Position numbers and translations under genes: made by a program. A stretch of DNA of 18,790 bases, taken from the NCBI GenBank assembly GCA_033764315.1, contig JANRJA010000176.1, positions 1 to 18,790 of the forward strand, written 5' to 3'. The notes beneath the pieces are model-generated. The model was not told the DNA's origin. It saw only the letters and a list, made by a program, of their open reading frames with translations, and did no database searches. Source of the stretch: Oculatellaceae cyanobacterium bins.114 (lineage in GTDB: Bacteria; Cyanobacteriota; Cyanobacteriia; Elainellales; Elainellaceae). Positions 1 to 6,412 of this stretch are shown here, piece by piece. Each line of letters opens with the position of its first letter. Position 1 is the first letter of the stretch.

Positions 1-136
1 GATGGAGCGGTGTAAAATCCTGGTCAAGAACTTTGAGCGGACGCTTGCCAATGCCACGACTAAACTCAACCTTTGCTTCATTCGGCTTATGATTAAGCGG
101 CTTGCAGCCTCTCCTTAAGATCTCAAATGGGTTCTA
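1..136 (+). mobile_element. Right end of IS5-family insertion sequence, with putative terminal inverted repeat GATCTCAAATGGGTTC(TA) at ~119-136
   Basis: The transposase stop is followed directly by a short IR-like end finishing in CTA/TA, the usual IS5-family layout. The left end is outside the window, so the IR pair cannot be confirmed. Confidence 0.7.
2..118 (+). CDS. IS5-family transposase, C-terminal fragment (gene starts before the window)
   Basis: Frame 2 translates to MERCKILVKNFERTLANATTKLNLCFIRLMIKRLAASP* (TAA 116-118). This matches the C-terminus of cyanobacterial IS5-family DDE transposases (after the W-x-x-E-R motif). Not in the ORF track. Confidence 0.85.
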   Translation: MERCKILVKNFERTLANATTKLNLCFIRLMIKRLAASP

Positions 137-190
137 TAAAAGTCTGGGTTAATCAGCTAGCCCCCATCGCAGTATTGCCACCCAAACTCT

Positions 191-1319
191 ATGGAGCCTT
201 TAACAAGCCAGGATACACAGACCCTCAATCAAAGCATTCAAAAGCTCTATACCCTTCGCAATCTAGATACCTTTGGGGTAGATGCACTGACAATTGTGAA
301 TCAGCTCGTTCCTAGCGATGCTCCCAACTTCCATTTAACTTGCGTTCAAACGAGCCAAGTGCAACATACCTTCCTGCCCGATTTTCCTGGCTTTACTCCT
401 GGACTAGAAAGGGTCATGCATGAGCACTTTGGAGAGCATCCAATCGTTCAGCGCATGCCCCAGACCCTCCAGGGAGCCTATAAACTCTCAGACTTTGTTA
501 GTCAGGAGGAGCTTCATTGTTTTGAGGGGTTTTATCAGCAGTATTTGAAGCCACTTGGGTTGCAAGAGCAAATGATCTTTTTTTCCGAATGTAAAGCCTG
601 ACTATTGGCACAAACTTGCTCAAGTCAATACAGTCCTGGTGGGATTTGCACTACATCGCCCTCAATGCAGCTTTACAGAACGCGATCGCCTCATCCTTAA
701 CCTCCTCCGCCCCCACTTGTTTCAGGCATATTGTAATGCCCAACACTGCCAGCAATTACAACAGGAGTTGAACCAACTTCAGCAATCTCTCAATTACCTC
801 GATCTAGTCATTCTGAATGGAGATGGGCAAGTCCAACAAATCACACCACCAGCCTTAGTCTGGTTGGCAGACTATTTCCCAACACAGCCTTGTCTTCTCG
901 AATTGCCAGAACACTTGTGGGCGTGGGTTAAACATCAAATCACTCATTTCACTGAAAAGCCAGACCTACTGAACGTATGTTTACCGTTGAGAATCCAAAA
1001 GGCTGGTAAGCAATTGGTCATTCGTTTAGTTGTTGAACAGCTTGGGAAGCGATACCTGCTTCTACTGGAGGAACAGACGATATCTTTATCGCAGTCGCTA
1101 GAACTATTGGAATTGAGTCAGCGAGAAACCGAGGTTTTATTTTGGGTCATACAAGGCGAAACAAATAAAGCGATCGCAACTAAACTCAGCGTTGGCATCA
1201 GTACAATTCGTAAGCATTTAGAAAGTATTTATCAGAAATTGGGAGTACAAAGCCGCACGGAAGCGATCGCACAAGTATTAGAAAAACTAGGTTTTTTACA
1301 TTCTTTGCCACTGAATTAA
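191..1319 (+). pseudogene. LuxR-family helix-turn-helix transcriptional regulator (GAF-like N-terminal sensor plus C-terminal HTH), frameshifted at a T7 run (578-584)
   Basis: ORF 191-601 ends ...QEQMIFF|SECKA*. The +1 frame from 585 reads PNVKPDYWHKLAQVNTVLVGFALHRP..., continuous with ORF 639-1319. The C-terminus has the LuxR HTH LSQRETEVLFWVIQGETNKAIATKLSVGISTIRKHLESIYQKLGVQSRTEA. Confidence 0.85.
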
Positions 1320-1455
1320 TGCTTTAACTTGAAGAGGTGGCTTGAGAAGGTTGTTACAGTAGGTACTTTGCAAATGTGCTGTAATTGCCTCGCCAGCAAC
1401 TTCAATGCAGCTTAATTTTGAACGCCGCACAGACAATTTACCAATATTGTTTCAA

Positions 1456-1612
1456 TGAGAAGCTGTTTGTAAATGGGTGTAAAGTTGGCTAAAAAGTCCC
1501 TGAAGCGATCCTCCCTAACCCTCCTTAAACAGGAGAGAACCCAGCCCTAAATCTAAAGCCTTTTTAAGGGGATTTAGGGGGATCGAAACATTGATTTACA
1601 AACACTTTCTGA
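1456..1612. mobile_element. MITE-like element (~157 bp) with imperfect 19-bp terminal inverted repeats and an internal cyanobacterial palindromic repeat
   Basis: TGAGAAGCTGTTTGTAAAT (1456-1474) pairs with ATTTACAAACACTTTCTGA (1594-1612), 16/19 with an 11-bp perfect core. Internal GATCCTCCCTAACCCTCCTTAAACAGG ... CCTTTTTAAGGGGATTTAGGGGGATC arms. Confidence 0.65.
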
Positions 1613-1622
1613 AGAGTTAACA

Positions 1623-1709
1623 ACATAACGTTTCGCGTCAGCGGTTGCCGGGATCTTTGCATCTAATCCAAGCGGTTTTGGTCAATCCGCTGCACGCGAA
1701 TTGTTAGCT
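1623..1709 (-). other. Integron attC recombination site (87 bp)
   Basis: Minus strand: R'' AGCTAAC, spacer AATTC, arm GCGTGCAGCGGATTGACC ... GGCAACCGCTGACGCG, R' GTTATGT (fits GTTRRRY at 6 of 7 positions). Arms pair TTCGCGT/ACGCGAA, CAGCGG/CCGCTG, TTG/CAA, CC/GG, with extrahelical bases C1693, T1686, T1682 all on the R'' arm. It lies 35 bp after the stop of the GIY-YIG gene, in the correct orientation. Confidence 0.85.
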
Positions 1710-2592
1710 GGCGGTCTGAAGGGAATTGACAAAACAAAATAATTCTAATGTTTGTTTTCATCACGAACCCATTTTGGATGAACAAGATCAAGAAACACGC
1801 TACCAAACCAAGGCTCGTTAAGTGAGGGGTTAATCATATCTGGTGCCCCACCAACCACATTACGAACCCTACGTAAGATGTCTATTCTTTCAGCTAATTC
1901 TAGGACAAGATGTTGGTGTTCACGAGGCAAAACCTTATAGTGTTCCCATATATTAAATATGTGTTTTGTCAGCATTGGGGAACAAGCAAACCATTCACCC
2001 TGTCGCCTATCTGATTCAAACTGTTTGTGACGCATCCGTTCTATGCTCGCCCCCCCTGGCTCAAGTGCATGGATAATAAGCTGTCCAGAAGTCCCAGTTC
2101 GTAAATTCTGCAACCGACGAAGAACATCCTTGGTTCTGCCGATTTTAACTTGAAGCCCAAAATATGGATGAGCGCTGGAGGGAGGTCCTGCCCATGTTTC
2201 TGGAACAGCCAAGATGTAATAGATGCTTTCAACTGTTCCAGACGGAAACTTCTCAAACCAATCAATCCACTTACGGGCATCCTCAGTAGCTTGATGATCT
2301 GTAGGATACTTATAAGTGGAATAAAAAATTTTACGCTCAGGCTCACTAACTTCCGCAAAGTATTGACCAGAACCATCGAGTTTAATTTCTAATTGAAACA
2401 TCAGACCACAGCCCGAAATGCCTACATACAGAATTTAGCCTTATCTTTACAATTTATCTCTGGTTGAGTTGATTTCTCTCTCCATTTTCTAATAGGTTTG
2501 AAAATTATCTTTTAACGTATAGCTAATGAAATTCTTAACCTTCGTCGATCTCAGCAGTAGCGAGTATAAAAGCAATACGCGGAGCCAGCTAA
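1629..2592 (-). mobile_element. Integron gene cassette (~964 bp) carrying a GIY-YIG nuclease gene
   Basis: The cassette start G|TTAGCTGGC (minus strand, 2593-2584) is the exact 10-bp complement of the R'' end of the attC (GCCAGCTAAC, 1712-1703), as expected for a linearised circular cassette. It contains a single ORF followed by attC. Confidence 0.8.
1745..2401 (-). CDS. GIY-YIG nuclease family protein (T5orf172/MUG113-like domain) with a small N-terminal domain
   Basis: Motifs IYYI...VKIGRTKDVLRRLQNLRTG...IERMRHKQFESDRRQGEWF are typical of T5orf172-type GIY-YIG domains. Confidence 0.85.
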   Translation of the reverse strand: MFQLEIKLDGSGQYFAEVSEPERKIFYSTYKYPTDHQATEDARKWIDWFEKFPSGTVESIYYILAVPETWAGPPSSAHPYFGLQVKIGRTKDVLRRLQNLRTGTSGQLIIHALEPGGASIERMRHKQFESDRRQGEWFACSPMLTKHIFNIWEHYKVLPREHQHLVLELAERIDILRRVRNVVGGAPDMINPSLNEPWFGSVFLDLVHPKWVRDENKH

Positions 2593-2730
2593 CTATAGAT
2601 TCAACATCAAATGTGAAGGATAATATCCTCTTTTCCCGCTGTTACCCATCCGATCTGCTGGATAATACCCCTTTACAGGAATTAAACAAAAAACTGACAG
2701 ATAACTCCAAGATTTTAGGGTGTTATCCAT
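2584..2730 (-). other. attI-like integron insertion region (core GTTAGCT plus repeated GATAA boxes)
   Basis: Core site at 2587-2593 adjoins the cassette. GGATAATA at 2618-2625 and 2660-2667, AGATAAC at 2699-2705, inverted TTACCC at 2642-2647 and TTATCC at 2723-2728. No attC hairpin precedes the core. Resemblance to cyanobacterial intI-upstream regions is recalled, not computed. Confidence 0.55.
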
Positions 2731-2777
2731 CACAAGCACTGATAAAACATTTGATTGCTAACCTCTCAAAAATTGTT

Positions 2778-3566
2778 TTATGGAGTGAAGCTTTGATTAT
2801 TTTGAATTAACCATTGCGCTAATTCACAAAACCCTTCTGACTCAGCAGCTTGTGTGACAAACTTGGGTTTATAGTGCAACCGATCGCTGTAATGCAACAC
2901 GTTGGCAACCCCTACAGAAACGGGAAAGCGATCGCTATCAAATAAGCTTTCATCATTGGGGCTATCACCCACCGTCACGATTTGTTGAGGCGAATAGGTG
3001 GGAAAAAAGTGGGTCAACACCTGCAACAATCCGATCGCTTTGTCTTGTTGTAAGGGTTTGACGTGACATTGCACGGTGCTATAGGTAAAGCCCCAGCCGC
3101 GATCGCCGCAAAAGCTACGCATGGTTTCTAAGTCGGCTGCACTCAAGCCCCTCACATCAAAGGTCCAATCGGTCAGGCGAAATCGGTTATCGGTCGATTC
3201 ACACAGGGTCGGAAACTGGGTTTGCAAGTGTTGAAACAACTGAGCCAGAGTTTGACGATGCGCTATCAAGTCAGTTAATGGCACCAGCAATTTAGGGTGG
3301 CTATCGGCATTGGGGTAAAACAAGCCTCCATTTTCAGCGATCGCCCCAGCCACAGGTAGATAGCTCACAACGCCTTGCACCCACCCGGCCGATCGCCCCG
3401 TCACAATCACGACTGGAATGCCAGCAGCAGCTAAATTATTTAATGCAGTTAGCAGATTGGGAGTGAATTTGCCCTGTTTCGTTAACGTGCCATCCATATC
3501 GGTAGCAACTAGGCGTATAGTTTTGAAGGAATCAGAACTTGCACTTTGTAATAAGCTAAGAGTCAT
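2778..3566 (-). CDS. HAD-superfamily hydrolase (subfamily IIB, Cof/SPP-like)
   Basis: Motif I LVATDMDGTLT, motif II VIVTGRS, motif III/IV K...VGDSPNDESLF. The start is set at ATG 3566 (MTLSLLQ) rather than 3614, which would overlap the divergent gene. Confidence 0.9.
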   Translation of the reverse strand: MTLSLLQSASSDSFKTIRLVATDMDGTLTKQGKFTPNLLTALNNLAAAGIPVVIVTGRSAGWVQGVVSYLPVAGAIAENGGLFYPNADSHPKLLVPLTDLIAHRQTLAQLFQHLQTQFPTLCESTDNRFRLTDWTFDVRGLSAADLETMRSFCGDRGWGFTYSTVQCHVKPLQQDKAIGLLQVLTHFFPTYSPQQIVTVGDSPNDESLFDSDRFPVSVGVANVLHYSDRLHYKPKFVTQAAESEGFCELAQWLIQNNQSFTP

Positions 3567-3590
3567 TTGGCAGAAACCATAGAACGCGCC

Positions 3591-5255
3591 ATGACAGAAT
3601 TGACCGCCGAACAACGCAATTATTATTACCTACTTGAAGCCGCCCGCACCGGGATTCACAAACCAATTTTGGCAGCGTTGTATGTTGCCCATTACAACCC
3701 AAACCTGACGGATGGCGAGGTCGGGTTAGGCATTGCGCCCATCAATCGAATTCCACCTGATCACGTTAACACCTTTCCAGAGCAGGTGCAGTATGCGGCA
3801 AACACGATTCGCAGTATTACCAATCGGCTCACGGCTCAAGGCTGGGAAGGAGGCGAGTTGTGGAATGTCGAACAGGGACGATATAGCGATCGCTTCATTA
3901 AAGAAGTCGCAGACGGTTACACCCCTCCAGCCAACGACCCAACGGCGGCATTGCTTGAAACGAGCGACTATGAAACCTTGCTGCACTCTTATCTTGAAGA
4001 TATTGCAGTCGATCATCACGCCAGTCGATTACCCGAAGATTTGGCATTTCTTGATCCAACCCTGCTGGAGTTTATTGAAGAGGTACCCCGTTATTACCAA
4101 AATCTGCCCTATCAACGTACTGCGTTGTTAGAAGCTACCCGTCTATGGCGCAAACTTGACACAACCGACGAGGCGATCGCCGCATTTAATGTCTCTACTT
4201 CGTCCTTGGCAACGGGCGAGTCCGTGGATGAAGGGTTTCTCGATCCGGTGCTGCTGCAATTCATCCAAACGGTGCCGCCCTACTATGCTGGTTATCCTCA
4301 TCAACGGGAAGCTCTGTTGCGGTTGGTGCAACTTTGGCGACAGCTCAATTCGCGGGAAGATGCGATCGCCCTCCTGCAAACCGCAGATCATGAGCAAAAT
4401 GAGTTTGAATCAGTAGACTCAGCCCTAATTGCCTTCATTCAGCGACTCCCTCAGCTCTATCAGAGCAAAGGCGAACAACGCAACGCACTAACTGAAACCT
4501 TTCGGCTATGGCACAGCCTGGACTCTCGCTCGACAGTTTTAGCCGAGTTAGGGATCAACCCTCAAATGCTCACCTCGGCTAATCCCGATCGCACCTTGAT
4601 TACAAATGCCGCTCGACAACTCGATCGAGCGTTAATAGAGTTTGTCAAGCGGGTTCCAGCCATCTATCAAGAAACGGAACCCCAGCGAGAAGCGTTGATT
4701 CGACTGGTGCAGTTGTGGCGAGGGTTGCCAGGACGTGAGGGAGCGATTCAATCCTTGCTGGATGACCTGCGTCGCATGGAACGAGCCCGCCGTGACTCTC
4801 CCGATGCACCCCCCTTGCCCCTGCCCATGACGCTGCTGGCGCGACCTGCTCAGTGGACTCCCACCAATATTCAGCTTTATGCCTCGATCATTCCCAATGG
4901 CAACTTTATCTGGGCAGAGGCGACCCACGGAGGCATGCAAATGCCGCCCAATCAAGCGACGGTTGATGCGATTGTCCGCATTGCCCAACTGGCCCAACAC
5001 GCACGCGATCGCATTGGTCGCTCTTTTCGAGTCATCAGTTGGTATCGTTCTCCTGATATTAGCCATCGAGAAGGCATCTCTTATAGCCGTCATGTTGTTG
5101 GCGATGCGATCGTCTTTTACTGCGATGGGTTGACAGGAAATCAGGTTTATTGGGCACTTGATCCCTGGTGGACGGGAGGATTGGGACGCTATCACAATTT
5201 TCCTAACCTGATCCATTTAGATGCCCGTGGATATCGAGCTAGATGGACACACTAG
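3591..5255 (+). CDS. Peptidase M15A / D-Ala-D-Ala carboxypeptidase-family protein with four internal ~60-aa helical repeats
   Basis: C-terminal GNFIWAEATHGG...VISWYRS...SRH...GGLGRY..FP.LIHLDARGYRARW is the M15_3 fold signature. Start set at ATG 3591 (MTELTAEQRNYYYLLEAARTGIHKPILAAL). Confidence 0.85.
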   Translation: MTELTAEQRNYYYLLEAARTGIHKPILAALYVAHYNPNLTDGEVGLGIAPINRIPPDHVNTFPEQVQYAANTIRSITNRLTAQGWEGGELWNVEQGRYSDRFIKEVADGYTPPANDPTAALLETSDYETLLHSYLEDIAVDHHASRLPEDLAFLDPTLLEFIEEVPRYYQNLPYQRTALLEATRLWRKLDTTDEAIAAFNVSTSSLATGESVDEGFLDPVLLQFIQTVPPYYAGYPHQREALLRLVQLWRQLNSREDAIALLQTADHEQNEFESVDSALIAFIQRLPQLYQSKGEQRNALTETFRLWHSLDSRSTVLAELGINPQMLTSANPDRTLITNAARQLDRALIEFVKRVPAIYQETEPQREALIRLVQLWRGLPGREGAIQSLLDDLRRMERARRDSPDAPPLPLPMTLLARPAQWTPTNIQLYASIIPNGNFIWAEATHGGMQMPPNQATVDAIVRIAQLAQHARDRIGRSFRVISWYRSPDISHREGISYSRHVVGDAIVFYCDGLTGNQVYWALDPWWTGGLGRYHNFPNLIHLDARGYRARWTH

Positions 5256-5256
5256 C

Positions 5257-5353
5257 AAGGCTAAAGGCTGAAGGCTAAAAGATAAGAACTCTAAAACAAA
5301 CCTTAGAAAAAACAAGGCTCGCTTTTATCCTTTATTTTTCAGCCCTCATTCTT
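5257..5353. repeat. Inverted clusters of degenerate heptamer repeats (STRR-like), possible terminator/stability hairpin
   Basis: AAGGCTA-AAGGCTG-AAGGCTA-AAAGATA (5257-5284) faces TATCCTT-TATTTTT-CAGCCCT-CATTCTT (5326-5353), immediately after the stop codon. Confidence 0.65.
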
Positions 5354-5517
5354 TATGGTTCAGCCGTTATTCTTATTTGAATCAGTAATTTCTGGTAGAA
5401 GTAGTGAATAGAAAGCAACAATACAAATCGTGATATTCTCCCATCTATAATTGATGTAGTTCAAGGGTCAGGGGGCATTCTGAAAATAAATGCAGAATCT
5501 TAATATCTCCATCTGCC

Positions 5518-6276
5518 ATGTCAACTCAAACAATTCTGATACAACCCTGGTTGGCTCAAGCTCCCTCCCGTTCTAACTCAGGGCCACCTGGAGCAGGGCA
5601 ATTCTGGATGATTGCAACGGGGATCCTGGTGCTGGCTCTCGTGGGTGGCGCGGTATACGGCAAATTCACAATCGGTCAATTAAAGAAGCAAAAACGGTTT
5701 GAGGAATATAAAAACCGAGAGTTGCAAAATAAGTTGAAGCTGGCTCTCAGTACCATTAGCAAAATGGAGAAAAACCCCGACTTAATTCACTCGCGGGAGT
5801 TTAATCTTGACTATTTGCGGATGCGGATGGAGGAGGAGCGGTTTCACTTTGCCATCGTTAATCAAATCAAGATCAAAGTTAAAGAAAAAATCACGGTTGC
5901 GCTACGTCCAAACCAGGCAGAACAAGGTTTATTGGGCATTGCTAGTACGGCTCGGCAAGTCGATGAGATTTTTGATGTGGAATATGATCCCTCAGAAAAC
6001 CAGCGTGGCGTGAAGCGGGTGCTATTTCGGGTTCAGGTCAGGCTTGCCAAGCTGCCAACTCAACCAACATCAGCCACTATTAGCCAGATCATTGACTGCA
6101 TGAAGACGTTCATGAGTAAGGACGGAGACAACGATAACTGGCAACCGACTATTCAAGGTCGGATTGCTTATATGCATTGGGATCAAAAGGCAAAACCGAC
6201 TCCTTTATTAGTATTGGAACAATCGACAGAAGGGGTCAATGTCACATTCCGTACTACTCGTATGGCGCAGGGATAG
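5518..6276 (+). CDS. Hypothetical membrane-anchored protein (N-terminal TM, coiled coil, globular C-terminal domain)
   Basis: 252-aa ORF; TM segment FWMIATGILVLALVGGAVYG followed by a K/R-rich coiled coil. No recognisable catalytic motif. Confidence 0.8.
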   Translation: MSTQTILIQPWLAQAPSRSNSGPPGAGQFWMIATGILVLALVGGAVYGKFTIGQLKKQKRFEEYKNRELQNKLKLALSTISKMEKNPDLIHSREFNLDYLRMRMEEERFHFAIVNQIKIKVKEKITVALRPNQAEQGLLGIASTARQVDEIFDVEYDPSENQRGVKRVLFRVQVRLAKLPTQPTSATISQIIDCMKTFMSKDGDNDNWQPTIQGRIAYMHWDQKAKPTPLLVLEQSTEGVNVTFRTTRMAQG

Positions 6277-6412
6277 CCCGTAAAACTGCTGAGTTTTCAG
6301 ATTTACTTTTTTCATAACATTAATAAACTTTACGTAAAGCTACGGTAATAGACTTGCGATCGCCTGCCTTTATAGGTCAACCTGGATTCGTATCCTATAG
6401 TACCGACGTAAG

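Noticed and set aside
127-315. 62-aa ORF
   Set aside because: Starts inside the IS end and overlaps the LuxR gene out of frame; no motif.
2041-2392. ORFs 2041-2376 (-) and 2150-2392 (+)
   Set aside because: Alternate-frame or antisense shadows of the GIY-YIG gene.
1629-2592. Absence of HIP1 as proof of foreign origin
   Set aside because: At roughly one HIP1 per 0.7 kb a 1-kb gap is not significant; gap and queD also lack perfect copies.
2526-2810. 94-aa ORF as a possible integrase remnant or small gene
   Set aside because: It crosses the cassette boundary and the attI-like repeats, overlaps the HAD stop, and has no tyrosine-recombinase motifs.
3726-5216. Several overlapping ORFs including 194-aa 4632-5216 (-)
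   Set aside because: Antisense or alternate frames within the M15A gene, with no recognisable motifs.
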